Source: Methanobacteriota archaeon (GTDB lineage Archaea > Thermoplasmatota > E2 > DHVEG-1). Taken from it: a stretch of 64,000 nt of DNA. Position numbers and translations under genes: made by a program. The stretch's first letter is position 1. The number at the start of each line of letters is the position of its first letter. The stretch is taken from contig CAVYNH010000007.1 of NCBI GenBank assembly GCA_963769885.1, positions 64,001 to 128,000 on the forward strand. The letters run 5' to 3'. Below the pieces are notes generated by a model. It ran no database searches and was not told where the DNA came from. It saw only the letters and a list, made by a program, of their open reading frames with translations. This document shows, one piece after another, positions 39,446 through 50,185 of this stretch.

Positions 39446-40876
39446 CTAATGCCAGAGGAATGCGGTCAGGTCCATCCGCTGCCAGTCGTTGTAGTCGTTG
39501 AAGGGACGTGAGCCGTCTGAGTAGTCCACGGTGTAGTACATGTACCCGTAGTTCATGCAGCTCTTGTACGGCCGATTGTACCACCAGCCGAGCTGCCAGG
39601 GCGCGCCGCTGTGACTGTCATGGCCGGGGATTGGGTTGAAATCCAGGGTATGGCCCATCTCGTGCATGTAGGCGCTGGCGTACACGGTGGCTTTATCCAA
39701 GTACGGGATTTTCGCCTTCTTCTCCATGAGGATGCTGGAGATCTGGTAGGAGTCTGATCCGAGCATGCACCCGCCGATGAGGGAGTAATTGTAGATGAGG
39801 AGGCCGTAGTGGAAGATGCCTCTGCGCCAGCTGGTCAGGCCGTCGTGCAGGAAGTAATGTTGGTAGATTGCGTCGACTTCGTTATGGCTCGTGCTAGCGT
39901 CGAAGGGGATCATGTCTGATCCGGTGCCGGGCCAGGAGCCGTCGTCGAGGTGGTAGCGGACGTTGTAGCGGTCGTAGGCCGTGTAGAGCATCTCCTTGGA
40001 TTCCGCGGGCATGATGCTTTCTTCGCCGTTCGGGCCGGTGGCCATCTGGTCGAGTTCGACGAAGAGGTCTTTGGCGAAGGGGTCAGATCCCCACTGGCTC
40101 GTGAGGTATTCTTTGCGGTTGCTGAGGCCGTCGTTGTCTGGGTCAAGGGAGCTGTGGGCCTCGGCGCTCATGGGGTTGTAGCCCCAGCGCCATTCCCAGG
40201 TGAAGGGGACATTGTCGTGGTCGGTGTCGTCAAGGGTGTTGTTGACGGTCGGGTCGGTACTGTATTGGTTGACCTCGATCCAGTAGGGGGCGCCGTCGTT
40301 GTCGTAGTCGTTCTGGGTGATGGTGAACCAGAGTTCGGCGTCGCGTCGTCCGCCGTAGATGGTGCCGTCGTCGCAGCCGTTGAGTCGTCCGTAGCCGCTG
40401 GGGTCGCCGAGATGGTCGTCGCCGGTCCATTGGCCTGTTGCGATGCTGTAGGTCATGGTGGCGTCGTCGGCTTGGTTTCCGATGTCGCAGAGGACGTCGC
40501 CGAGCGCGCTGTGGTCCCAGAGTTGGATGGTGACGGTGACGAATTCTTGGTCGTCGGGGACGTTGACGGTGGCGGAGAAATTCGGAGCGTAGATGTATCT
40601 CTGGTCGGTGTAGACGGGGCTGGTGAAGAGTTCGCCGTTGATGGTGATCTTGACGTAGAGGCTTGGGTTTTTGCCGCGTTCGATGAATTCTTCGCGGTGG
40701 ACTTGAACGTCTTTTTTGTCCAAGGCGCGGATCTTTTGGATAGTGACGGTCACGCTGACATCCACGAGCGGATCGAGGTCCTCCAGCGGTGCCGCCTTCC
40801 GGATGGAGGTGATTCCGAGGGTGCTCGTGAGGAGTCCGAAGATGACTAAGAGACAGAGATGCTTGATTGTTTTCAT
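39446..40876 (-). CDS. Secreted protein with HExxH zinc-peptidase motif and Ca-binding repeats
   Basis: MHEMGHTL, SCMNY Met-turn, DxDxDG loops. Confidence 0.75.
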   Translation of the reverse strand: MKTIKHLCLLVIFGLLTSTLGITSIRKAAPLEDLDPLVDVSVTVTIQKIRALDKKDVQVHREEFIERGKNPSLYVKITINGELFTSPVYTDQRYIYAPNFSATVNVPDDQEFVTVTIQLWDHSALGDVLCDIGNQADDATMTYSIATGQWTGDDHLGDPSGYGRLNGCDDGTIYGGRRDAELWFTITQNDYDNDGAPYWIEVNQYSTDPTVNNTLDDTDHDNVPFTWEWRWGYNPMSAEAHSSLDPDNDGLSNRKEYLTSQWGSDPFAKDLFVELDQMATGPNGEESIMPAESKEMLYTAYDRYNVRYHLDDGSWPGTGSDMIPFDASTSHNEVDAIYQHYFLHDGLTSWRRGIFHYGLLIYNYSLIGGCMLGSDSYQISSILMEKKAKIPYLDKATVYASAYMHEMGHTLDFNPIPGHDSHSGAPWQLGWWYNRPYKSCMNYGYMYYTVDYSDGSRPFNDYNDWQRMDLTAFLWH

Positions 40877-41020
40877 AGGAAATCCCCCTTTTTGGTTCTT
40901 TTATAAGCGTCCCTGGTTATAACTTTTTGCCTTTCATCGGATGCCTTTGGGTAGGAGTCGGGGATGCTCAAGGATGGATTCTGTCTCTTGGTTCTAGAGG
41001 AGGGCGGCGAGGATTTTTAT

Positions 41021-41719
41021 CAGTAGCGGCCGGGAATACTGCGTGGTCTGAACCGCAGTGAAGACCCGCAGATGAGAGGCCGCTCGTCGTCTTTTTCTCA
41101 CAACACTCGTTACATTTTTTGTCGCGGCGGGCAGGCGTCCGCCTGCCCCTTTACCGCGCGACAGGAGTACAAAAACTTATGGAGAGTGTATCGAGCGGCA
41201 GCTCTAAAAAGGTTGCGGGTGACACCCGCAACAACTGGGTGACCATGATGTTCCCGACACACAAAAGGTACCGGAACTTCCGAAAACAAAGCCACATCGA
41301 CACCTGCACCCAGACGTTCCACGACCTGGAACGCCTTGGGTTCGAGTTCGGCGAATTCGGATTCGCCGAAACCCATGTACATCTCCAGGTCAACGTTCCC
41401 AAGCGGTACTCCATTGAAACCGCTGAGATTATTCTCAAGTCTTACACCTCCCGGAGAATGTTCCAGGCTCACCCCGGGTTCCACAAACGCTACCCCCGCG
41501 GGGGATTCTGGAGCGGGTACGAGCACCACGAGTCCACCGGATTGACCAGCCTTGATGAATCCTCAGCCTACCTACGCGATCAGCAACACCATCACAACGT
41601 GACCATCATCGACAACCGACAACAACGCCTGACCGCCGAGTGAGATACGGCAATGCCCAAGAGGGCTTGCCGAGGAACGAAGGCGGAACGGGGTCATAGG
41701 GGCGCAGCCCCTATTTCAT
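41021..41719 (+). mobile_element. IS200 element copy 4
   Basis: Near-identical to copy 1; inserted in the 3' end of the radical SAM gene. Confidence 0.95.
41179..41643 (+). CDS. tnpA: Y1 HUH transposase TnpA
   Basis: Same motifs as copy 1. Confidence 0.95.
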   Translation: MESVSSGSSKKVAGDTRNNWVTMMFPTHKRYRNFRKQSHIDTCTQTFHDLERLGFEFGEFGFAETHVHLQVNVPKRYSIETAEIILKSYTSRRMFQAHPGFHKRYPRGGFWSGYEHHESTGLTSLDESSAYLRDQQHHHNVTIIDNRQQRLTAE

Positions 41720-43078
41720 TAGGGTCGGGTCGCGGCGTCGCAGGGACCGGTAGGCGGCTCTGAAGAGGTAATGAGGGCGCAGGTAGAAGGCGTGGGTGGC
41801 GCGTCGGCCGATGCTGGCGAGGCGGGCGGCGGTGAACGGGCTGAGGTTTCGACCGGCGTCCGCCAGGATGTACGGGTCGTCATCCTCGGCGATGGTGCCG
41901 TGTTTGACGGCTTCGTCCCAGAGGTCGGAGCCGGTTTGGTAGGCGAGGGTCCGGTAATAGACGATATCGAGGGGCAGGCTGGCCGCGAAGCGAGTGGTTT
42001 GGCGGATGTGATCGGCGGTCTCGTGAGGTGCGCCGAGGATGAAGCTTCCCCAGGTGATGAACCCCATCTCTGCGGCGAGGGCGACTGCGTTGCTGCTCTG
42101 CTGCAGAGTGATGCGTTTGCGGTAGTAGTCGAGTATCTGCTGGGAGCCGGATTCCAGACCGTAAGAGATGAACCTGACGCCGGCTCGTCTCATCTTCTGG
42201 TAGAGGCCGCGGTCTGCGGTGTCGACGCGGGCGCCGAAGATGTAGAGGCTCCGGATCACGCCGTCGGCGATGATGCCGTCGAGGATCTGGGCCGTCCGTT
42301 TGAGGTCCGCGAGGAAGTTGCTGTCCTCGATAAGGACTGAGCCGTAGGTGGCGGGGAGATCGCGGAACTCACCGATGACGTTGTCCGAGGATCGTTTCCG
42401 GTAGGCGGGGCTGTGGACATGGGTCGTGCAGAACCGGCAGTGGAAGGGGCAGCCTCGACTGGTGAGCATGGAGGTGAAGCGGGGCTTCGTCAGGTAGACG
42501 CCGTTGAAGCGGCCGTAGTCGTAGCCGGCGACGAGGTGGCGGGCGGGGTACGGGAGGGAATCGAGGTTGCGATTCTCGATGGCGGGGGGCCCGGACTTGA
42601 CCTGGTCGTGGTCCCGATAGGAGATGCCGGGGACGGCAGCGAGGGGCCGCTGGCCCGCGAGGGCACAGAGGACGTCGTTTATGAGGAACTCGGCTTCGCC
42701 GTTGATGCTGATCTGCGCGGCGGGGATCTCCTGCAGGACGTGCTCAGGTCTGATCCTACAGTGTGGTCCTTGCAAGATGACGGGGAGGCCGGCGTCGTTG
42801 TCCCGGATGAAGCCGGCGAGATCCCGGGAGGCATCCACGTTCCCTGGCATGACGCTGAGGATGACGGCGTCGCTTCCCGTCAGGGCACGACGGGTCGCCT
42901 CCAATGGGTGATGCTCGCAGGCGAAATCCAAGACCTTCGCTGTATGACCGGCCTGCTCGAGGACTCCAGCGACATAGAGCAGATCCATCGGAGGGGAGAA
43001 GGGGGACCGCATCCTCCGCGGTGTAGTCCGCTGGAACATCGTAACCCCCTGCGTGGTTCGAATCAGGAGAAACCGCAT
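41711..43078 (-). CDS. B12-binding-domain radical SAM protein
   Basis: TSRGCPFHCRFC, GLESGS, N-terminal cobalamin-binding-type domain. Confidence 0.92.
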   Translation of the reverse strand: MRFLLIRTTQGVTMFQRTTPRRMRSPFSPPMDLLYVAGVLEQAGHTAKVLDFACEHHPLEATRRALTGSDAVILSVMPGNVDASRDLAGFIRDNDAGLPVILQGPHCRIRPEHVLQEIPAAQISINGEAEFLINDVLCALAGQRPLAAVPGISYRDHDQVKSGPPAIENRNLDSLPYPARHLVAGYDYGRFNGVYLTKPRFTSMLTSRGCPFHCRFCTTHVHSPAYRKRSSDNVIGEFRDLPATYGSVLIEDSNFLADLKRTAQILDGIIADGVIRSLYIFGARVDTADRGLYQKMRRAGVRFISYGLESGSQQILDYYRKRITLQQSSNAVALAAEMGFITWGSFILGAPHETADHIRQTTRFAASLPLDIVYYRTLAYQTGSDLWDEAVKHGTIAEDDDPYILADAGRNLSPFTAARLASIGRRATHAFYLRPHYLFRAAYRSLRRRDPTLMK

Positions 43079-43210
43079 CGCTGCCTCTACTGGTCTCATA
43101 CCACCAAGCGTTCAAAAACCTTCCTGGGAGCCCGAGAAATGGACACCACTCATCAAACAAGACATAAATAAACAAAAAGCCAACACCACGCCTAGAACCC
43201 AGAGTTAACC

Positions 43211-45748
43211 ATGGAGGACCCACGGATGACCTTACATACAAGCCGAACCAACCCCATCACCCGACCACTCACCACCCTCACCCTCACCATCCTCATGCTC
43301 ACCACGACGCTCGCCACGATCCCCGTCGGCGCCCGCGTCAGCGACCTCCACCTCCTCTACCCCCGCGGCGGCGAGACCATCATCGGCACCATCGACGTCA
43401 CCTTCACCGTCACCACCGAACCAGGCGCCCCCGGCAACAAGATCGCCGTCTCCTACAGCGCCTACGAAGCCGCAGGACCCTGGATCCTCATCACCGAACT
43501 GGACGACCTCGATGACCATGCACCCACCTACACCGTCCCCTGGACCACCACCCCACTCCACGACGGCGCCACCTACCAACTCCAGATCGCCGCCATCTAC
43601 CCCAACAACAGGACCATCTACCTCTCCACCACCTCCAGCGACTTCACCATCGCCCACCAAGATACCAACCTCCCCCCCGACATGCCCAAACCACTCGCCC
43701 CCACCGACGCCCAAACCGACGTCCCCACGAACACTACCCTCACCTGGTTCTGCACCGACCCCAACATCGGCGACACCCTCACCTACACCATCTCCTTCGG
43801 CGCCACCACCCCCCCACCCGTCATCCAGAAACAAACCACCACCAGCTACACCCCGCCTGCCCTCCTCTACGGCACCACCTACTACTGGCAGATTACCGCC
43901 ACCGACGCTGCCAATGCCAGCACCACCGGCCCCATCTGGAGCTTCACCACGCATCCCAACAAGCCCCCTCTACAACCAGACGCCCCCACCCCAGCGGACA
44001 ACACCACACACACAAACACCGACCTCACCTTCGCCTGGACCGCCACAGATCCCGATAACGACCCTCTTACCTACGACGTCTACCTCGGCGCCACCAGCCT
44101 TGACCTGGTGAGCGCGAACCAGACCACGACTTCCTACACCCCCAACTCTCTCGATTACGGCGCCTCCTACACCTGGCAGATTGTCGCCTGGGACATCCAT
44201 GGGTTCTCAACCCCCGGCCCGCGCTGGACCTTCACCATCCTGCCCTTCAACAACCAACCTGATGCGCCAGTCGACCCCTCCCCCGCGGACATGACAGCAG
44301 GAATACCCATAAGAACAAACCTCACCTGGACCGGGTTCGACCCCGACGGCGACCTCCTCACCTACGACGTGTACTTCGGGACCAGCGAGCCTCTCCCTCT
44401 CGTCGCTGCCAACTTCACGATCACGACCTATGCCCTGCCTTGCCTCGATTATGGGACCTATTACCTTTGGCGGATTGTGGCGTGGGACACCCGCGATGCC
44501 TCGTGTTCAAGCCCGACATGGTCTTTTACGACGCATCAAAACCAGCCACCAAGCGTCCCCAGCAACCCGACCCCGGCAGATACCGCGGCCAACGTCAAAC
44601 AGGCTGTGAGCCTCAGCTGGACGAGCATCGATCCCGACGCTGATGATACCCTCAGCTTTAACGTGTATTTCGGGACTTCCACCTCGCCCCCGCTTGTCGC
44701 GCGGAACCTGACCGGACTCAGCTACAATCCAGGCCCGCTTGTCTATGGCACCCACTACTACTGGCGTATCGTCGCCTGGGACTCCCATGGATTCTCGACC
44801 CCGGGCCCGCTCTGGTCGTTTACGCTGGAGCCGCAGCGACATTATGGAGGCGGAGCCGGCGCCGTCTCTCAAGCGCCGACCGCCGAAGCCAACGGCCCGT
44901 ATACTGCCATCGTTGGCATGCCGATTCGTTTCAACGCATCGGGCAGCCATGATAACGACGAGGGAGGATCCTCGATCGTGAAGTACGAATGGAAGTTCTC
45001 CACCCAAGACTCCTGGAGGACCCTCACGACGACGCCGACCTTTTCGTACCTGCAGTCGGGCGATTTCACCGTTACGCTCAGAATCACTGACGACGAAGGG
45101 CAGACGGCGACAGACACCGCAGCCGTCCACATCTCCCCGACGTCTCTCACCCCTGCCATCAGCGGCCCGTCGACTGGACGAATACACACCGGCTACGAAT
45201 TCATCCTCAGCACCACACCAAATGATCAGACCACGATGCACTACCATATCGACTGGGGCGACGGTCTCAGCGAAGACATCGATGGCCAACCCGCGGGTGA
45301 AACCATGGTGAGCCATACTTGGACGACGGCCCATCCCTACATGATTCAAGTCACGGTCAAAGACGACGTGACATCGGGCTCAGTCTCGAGGCAATTCCTG
45401 GTCGATTCGATCCTCGTCGCTAGCTTCGGCGCTCTCCTCGACCTCAACGACGACGCAAGCTACGACGTTTTTGACAATTTGAACGGAGTCCAGACCGCAG
45501 TCCAACAGCATACGCCTGGAGACTACACCATCGATGTGGACGGAAACGGCGCTCCGGACTACCTCTTCAACACCAATGACGGTTCACTGACCGCACTCAG
45601 CGCGGTAGACGCCCCAGGCTGGCAGCAGGCCATCCTGTTCTGGGGGATCATTATCATCCTCCTTATCAGTATAGCCTCATCAATAATCCTTCTGACCCTG
45701 AAAGGGAGGAAAAGGCGACGGCATTCAACTCAAAAACAGACAGAATAA
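43211..45748 (+). CDS. Cell-surface protein with FN3-like repeats, PKD domains and C-terminal anchor
   Basis: Four DPD.D.L.Y.VYFG...YYW.I repeats; TM segment followed by a basic tail. Confidence 0.88.
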   Translation: MEDPRMTLHTSRTNPITRPLTTLTLTILMLTTTLATIPVGARVSDLHLLYPRGGETIIGTIDVTFTVTTEPGAPGNKIAVSYSAYEAAGPWILITELDDLDDHAPTYTVPWTTTPLHDGATYQLQIAAIYPNNRTIYLSTTSSDFTIAHQDTNLPPDMPKPLAPTDAQTDVPTNTTLTWFCTDPNIGDTLTYTISFGATTPPPVIQKQTTTSYTPPALLYGTTYYWQITATDAANASTTGPIWSFTTHPNKPPLQPDAPTPADNTTHTNTDLTFAWTATDPDNDPLTYDVYLGATSLDLVSANQTTTSYTPNSLDYGASYTWQIVAWDIHGFSTPGPRWTFTILPFNNQPDAPVDPSPADMTAGIPIRTNLTWTGFDPDGDLLTYDVYFGTSEPLPLVAANFTITTYALPCLDYGTYYLWRIVAWDTRDASCSSPTWSFTTHQNQPPSVPSNPTPADTAANVKQAVSLSWTSIDPDADDTLSFNVYFGTSTSPPLVARNLTGLSYNPGPLVYGTHYYWRIVAWDSHGFSTPGPLWSFTLEPQRHYGGGAGAVSQAPTAEANGPYTAIVGMPIRFNASGSHDNDEGGSSIVKYEWKFSTQDSWRTLTTTPTFSYLQSGDFTVTLRITDDEGQTATDTAAVHISPTSLTPAISGPSTGRIHTGYEFILSTTPNDQTTMHYHIDWGDGLSEDIDGQPAGETMVSHTWTTAHPYMIQVTVKDDVTSGSVSRQFLVDSILVASFGALLDLNDDASYDVFDNLNGVQTAVQQHTPGDYTIDVDGNGAPDYLFNTNDGSLTALSAVDAPGWQQAILFWGIIIILLISIASSIILLTLKGRKRRRHSTQKQTE

Positions 45749-45777
45749 GATTACACCCAAGGAGCCACTCCATCTTC

Positions 45778-45900
45778 ATGATCATCTGTCCGTACTGCAA
45801 ACAGCCATTGAAATTCAATGAGAATGAAGAAGTCATCCACCATGTCTGTACCGACGGATTTTCCTACTACATCCTCAAAAAAGAAAAAACAAAAAAGTAG
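45778..45900 (+). CDS. 40-aa putative metal-binding peptide
   Basis: MIICPYCKQPL...HVCTDG; AGGAG upstream. Confidence 0.5.
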   Translation: MIICPYCKQPLKFNENEEVIHHVCTDGFSYYILKKEKTKK

Positions 45901-46101
45901 ATGCGTTGTTCGCTTCGAATCCCCTTTTCCTGAGAGCCGCCAGAGGGATGCCTGATTCCTACTTCATAGTCTGCTTGAAAAAGCAGAAAATTCTTCCGAA
46001 CCATCGGCGACGCAGACACAAACACCGTGATCAACTACGTCAAAAATCATCGCTTCCAACAAACTACCCTCGACGGGTTTCCAGTAGCAGCCTAATCCCC
46101 C

Positions 46102-46136
46102 GGAAGCCCCGGCATTTATGCCGAGGAGGATGTCGC
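46102..46136 (+). mobile_element. Orphan IS605/IS1341-type right-end-like hairpin
   Basis: GGAAGCCCCGGCATTTATGCCGAGGAGGATGTC resembles tnpB-element right ends. Confidence 0.5.
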
Positions 46137-46429
46137 TATTCTGTATTAGTTTAGTTTAGGAAGGTTGGAGGTATTTTTTAAGCTCCGGGAGAGGCACAGT
46201 TCGCGTCTGAGCAGGTTTGTTAACTCCTCAGACATGTTTTTTCCTTGCAGTCGTCAGGTTGCAGGCACGGAGGCGATACGCTGATAATTCTCCAGTCCCC
46301 GCATGGACCGGAAGGCGCCGATGATCTTGCTTATGATCGCATGCTCGCGGATCGCCTGCTCCGCAAGGGTGCTCGTTGGCTGCATCCCCGGAAAGAGGAG
46401 GCAGGTATGCCAGCTGCCCAGCCCTTTTG

Positions 46430-49400
46430 TTAGACAGTACGGCGTTTTCTGAGGATCGCTAGTATCACAAGAATGATACCGATACTGATGATGCAGGCGA
46501 TGATGATGATGGTTATAGTATGCCAGGGGAATGCTGCTGGTTCTTCTGGTGGATTGATGAAATACGTGGATGTTGAGGTCAGGATGTGTCCGCTCTCATC
46601 AGATGCTGTGATTGTTAAAATATAGGTTCCGCGTCCTAGGTCATATGCGGGGGTGAAGGTATAGTTTTTATGATCTGTGGTCGTGAGTTGGTTCACAATG
46701 TTGATTCCACCGATGGTCGCTGTGCTGATTGTCACAGGGTTGTAGTAGGCGATATAGATGGTTGGTCTGGTGATGGTAAAGGTTGTTCCATCAGCTGGTT
46801 GGAAGCTGGGTGGAAGGATGTCATAGTTGAAGATGAAGCGGTATTGTGTTGCAGCGTCATCAAGGACGTAGATTTTCCCGTTTTCACGCCAGATTTTATC
46901 TGATGGGATGGTTCTACCGTCAGATGTTTTCACTATAAGAGTATAGTCAGGGTATATGTCTGGTGGGAATTGATCGGTGATTTCGATGTACACCCAGTTG
47001 TTTTTCTCAACGCTGATGACAACTGTCACGGTTTCCAGTGTTGTGTCAATGATGGTGTCTTCAATAACTCCGATCTGAGGAGTGACCAGAATGATAGTGT
47101 TTGCGTCTGTGTCCCAGAAGAACTCAGGGATACTGTCGTTGTCTGTTGATATCAAAAAGCAGGAATGCCCGTCAATGAGGAAGATATCGTGGATCTGCCT
47201 GAGGACGCCGTGAGGATCAACAAAGATGTCAACGCGACCGTCACCATTTGAGTCACGTGCGTAGAACGGCGTACTCAAAGAAAGATTGAACTGACTGTTC
47301 ACCTCAGTCATCACCGCTGCTGACGCATAGATGATTATCTCCTGCGGTAATGTACCACCGCCATGGTAGTGACCGCTACTGGTGCGCTTTGTGGTGGCGT
47401 GTGCACTTGCATTCTCATCAGACCACTGAACGAGCAGAGGGGTCGTCCAATTTGTGAAACTCCACGCCTGATAGTAATAGGTTACCCCCATGGAGAGGTT
47501 GGTATGCTCGACCATGGTTCCTGTGTCGTTGTAGATCATGATCCCCTGGCCCTGCTCCCAGACCTCGCTGGTTTGGTTGTACTCGATGTAGGTACGGTTC
47601 GCTCCATCTCCCTTGCTCCATGAGAGAAAAATCGCTGATGTGGAGTTGGCCTGCGCAGAAAAGCCATCTGGTGCCTTGGGTTTCGTGAGGAATGTCGTTT
47701 CAGTCCCATTGCTGAGGCCGATGGAATTGTTTGCCCATGCTCGGGCATAATACAGTTGTCCCGCGGTGAGGCCGCTTGCGTTATAGCTGAAGGTGTCGCC
47801 GGGGGAAACAACGCCGATGGAGTGATTGTTCGCATACAGTGTCCCGGAGTCGGTGTCGTACCAGAAGCCGCAGGTTGTGGATGCTGAACCGTTCTGCATA
47901 AGGAAGCCGTTGAGTGTCGCGTTGGTTGATTTCACACCGGTTGTGGTGTTTGTTGTCACCGTTGGTGATGCCTGTGCTGTTTTGTTTGCTTGGGCGTAGG
48001 CGTCTGAGTACTGGCTGAGTGAGCCCCAAGAGGAGTATTCCCATACACGGTAGTACCAGGTGTCTCCTGCTGTTAAGCCTGTGTTATTTGTGCTGGAGCC
48101 TGTGTTGTTGTAGCCGAATGTTCCATCGGTGACCGATGACGGGTAGCTTCCTTTCTTTCCACGTAGAACGCTTTGGTTGTATCCTGTTCCATGTGTCCAG
48201 GATATCGTCTGTTGTCCGCTGCCTGAATTGGTGATGGTAAGTCCTGTTGGCGGGTTTGGTTTCGTGAGGAATGTCGTTTCAGTCCCATTGCTGAGGCCAG
48301 CGGAATTGTTTGCCCATGTCTGACAGAAATACAGCTGTCCCGCAGTAAGACCACTTGCATTATAACTGAACGTGTCGCCCTGGGAAACAACGCCGACGGA
48401 ATGATTATTCGCATACGGTGCACCAGAATCGGTGTCGTACCAGAAGCCGCAGGTGGTCTGCACGCCACCATCGTCGCTGAGATACCCCCATAGTGTCGCG
48501 TTGGTTGATTTCACGCCGGTTGAGGCGTTCGTGGTTACTACTGGCCACCAGTCCGCTTCCCCGCCGAAGCGAGGGTAATCGGCGCCGTCATCGATGAACC
48601 ACGTCTCATCCACCCATAGTGCTTTTGTCTGGATGTCCCATCCGGCATTACTAAAGGTTGAGAACGTCTGCATTTCGGCGGTTGTTTTCCCGACGGCGTT
48701 CCCTGTGGTCGTTGTCTGACCGGAGGTGTTCTTATCAAAGAAGTTCCCGACATCGGCGTAGTTCCCCCCCGTGGTCTGCGCCCCCACAAACCCTTTACTT
48801 GTTGGGTCGGTCGACCCTGCGTAATGGACGCTCCCTATTGAATAGGAATTCAATATGCTTCCTTTATTGTTATATCCGGCAAAACCCCCTATATTTACAG
48901 CGGCCCCAGAGGACCGTGTCGCACTCCCGGTCGCATAGCAATCAGAGATAGTGACAGAATAATAGGAACCATCATGGATACCAACAAGCCCCCCTACCAG
49001 AAGTTTTCCAGTCACGTTTCCCGTGGCATAGGAACGTTCGATGGACCCATCGTTGTATCCGACCAGCCCCCCTATATAACCGGTGCTGCCTGTTCCGGTC
49101 ACCTTTCCCGTGGCATAGGAATCTTCGATGGACCCATCGTTCATTGCAATGAGCCCGCCCACATAGTCTAATCCGGTCACCTGTACTGCGGCATGGCAAC
49201 GTACGATGGAGCCTGAAGTATAACTCCATCCAACTAAACCGCCAGCATCGTAATCTGCTGTGTGGGTCACATTCCCCGTGACATAGGAATTTATGACGGA
49301 CCCGAAAAGCATTCCAACGAGTCCCGCTGCATCACTTTTTCCTTTGACATTGACATTGATGAGACCGAGGTTCTTTACCGTCCCTGCTGCTTTTATGTAG

Positions 49401-49798
49401 CCGAAAAACGCTTGATAAGTTGTGGCGCTTCGGTTGATGAAGAGATGGGAGATGGTGTGGTTGTTTCCATTTAATGTGCCTGCAAAACCTGATGGATAAC
49501 TGCCAATCCGAAGCCAGCCTGAGCCTGTCGTGTTTCCTGTCTTGTTCGCAGGATTAAGATAATCCCCATCATTCTGGAAATCCAAATCGTTCATCAAACT
49601 GAAGTTTTTATCAAGGTGGTAGCGGATGTTCCACAAATGCTCAATCTTTGTGACCTGATACGGGTCGCCTGCCGTGCCGGAGCCGCCATCAAACTGGTCC
49701 GCTCTCACGATGCCTCCGTTCGGCAACAGCGGAAACACGGCAATCATCAGCAAAAAAAGAATGCTTATTGACACTACTTTTTTACGCATATTTTTCAT
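46430..49798 (-). CDS. Cell-surface protein with GLUG repeats, FN3 domains and C-terminal anchor
   Basis: GGSGTAGDPY, VGGLVG repeats, TM segment plus RKRR tail. Confidence 0.88.
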   Translation of the reverse strand: MKNMRKKVVSISILFLLMIAVFPLLPNGGIVRADQFDGGSGTAGDPYQVTKIEHLWNIRYHLDKNFSLMNDLDFQNDGDYLNPANKTGNTTGSGWLRIGSYPSGFAGTLNGNNHTISHLFINRSATTYQAFFGYIKAAGTVKNLGLINVNVKGKSDAAGLVGMLFGSVINSYVTGNVTHTADYDAGGLVGWSYTSGSIVRCHAAVQVTGLDYVGGLIAMNDGSIEDSYATGKVTGTGSTGYIGGLVGYNDGSIERSYATGNVTGKLLVGGLVGIHDGSYYSVTISDCYATGSATRSSGAAVNIGGFAGYNNKGSILNSYSIGSVHYAGSTDPTSKGFVGAQTTGGNYADVGNFFDKNTSGQTTTTGNAVGKTTAEMQTFSTFSNAGWDIQTKALWVDETWFIDDGADYPRFGGEADWWPVVTTNASTGVKSTNATLWGYLSDDGGVQTTCGFWYDTDSGAPYANNHSVGVVSQGDTFSYNASGLTAGQLYFCQTWANNSAGLSNGTETTFLTKPNPPTGLTITNSGSGQQTISWTHGTGYNQSVLRGKKGSYPSSVTDGTFGYNNTGSSTNNTGLTAGDTWYYRVWEYSSWGSLSQYSDAYAQANKTAQASPTVTTNTTTGVKSTNATLNGFLMQNGSASTTCGFWYDTDSGTLYANNHSIGVVSPGDTFSYNASGLTAGQLYYARAWANNSIGLSNGTETTFLTKPKAPDGFSAQANSTSAIFLSWSKGDGANRTYIEYNQTSEVWEQGQGIMIYNDTGTMVEHTNLSMGVTYYYQAWSFTNWTTPLLVQWSDENASAHATTKRTSSGHYHGGGTLPQEIIIYASAAVMTEVNSQFNLSLSTPFYARDSNGDGRVDIFVDPHGVLRQIHDIFLIDGHSCFLISTDNDSIPEFFWDTDANTIILVTPQIGVIEDTIIDTTLETVTVVISVEKNNWVYIEITDQFPPDIYPDYTLIVKTSDGRTIPSDKIWRENGKIYVLDDAATQYRFIFNYDILPPSFQPADGTTFTITRPTIYIAYYNPVTISTATIGGINIVNQLTTTDHKNYTFTPAYDLGRGTYILTITASDESGHILTSTSTYFINPPEEPAAFPWHTITIIIIACIISIGIILVILAILRKRRTV

Positions 49799-49947
49799 AT
49801 TTCTCTTTCTCCATATTTCACCAGGATACACCCCTCTACGGCAGTTTCCATTACACAAGAACCCACGTTATCTCACCACCATCGGAGATAATAACGACCA
49901 CCACACAACAATAAAACAAATATACTCTTTTAACCGTTTCCTGGAAG

Positions 49948-49979
49948 AGAAATCCCCATGCTTCAGCGTGGGGATGAAT
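49948..49979. repeat. Hairpin repeat matching 8141-8172
   Basis: AGAAATCCCCATGCTTCAGCGTGGGGATGAAT. Confidence 0.55.
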
Positions 49980-50014
49980 TAAGGGGTCATCAACAGGAGA
50001 AAAAAAGTTCCGGA

Positions 50015-50088
50015 AGCCGCTGAAGGGATTTGAACCCTCGACCTATTCCTTACCAAGGAATCGCGCTACCAGGCTGAGCCACAGCGGC
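50015..50088 (-). tRNA. tRNA-Thr(GGT)
   Basis: GCCGCTG/CAGCGGC acceptor stem, TTGGTAA anticodon loop, GGTTCAAATCC T-arm. Confidence 0.95.
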
Positions 50089-50185
50089 AAACAACCACCC
50101 ACAATATCAAGGAGGGGTATTTTACTCTTTCTTTGGCGGAAAGCCTCCAAGAAACAGCAAAGAATCGACTAAAGATAGTTTCGTC

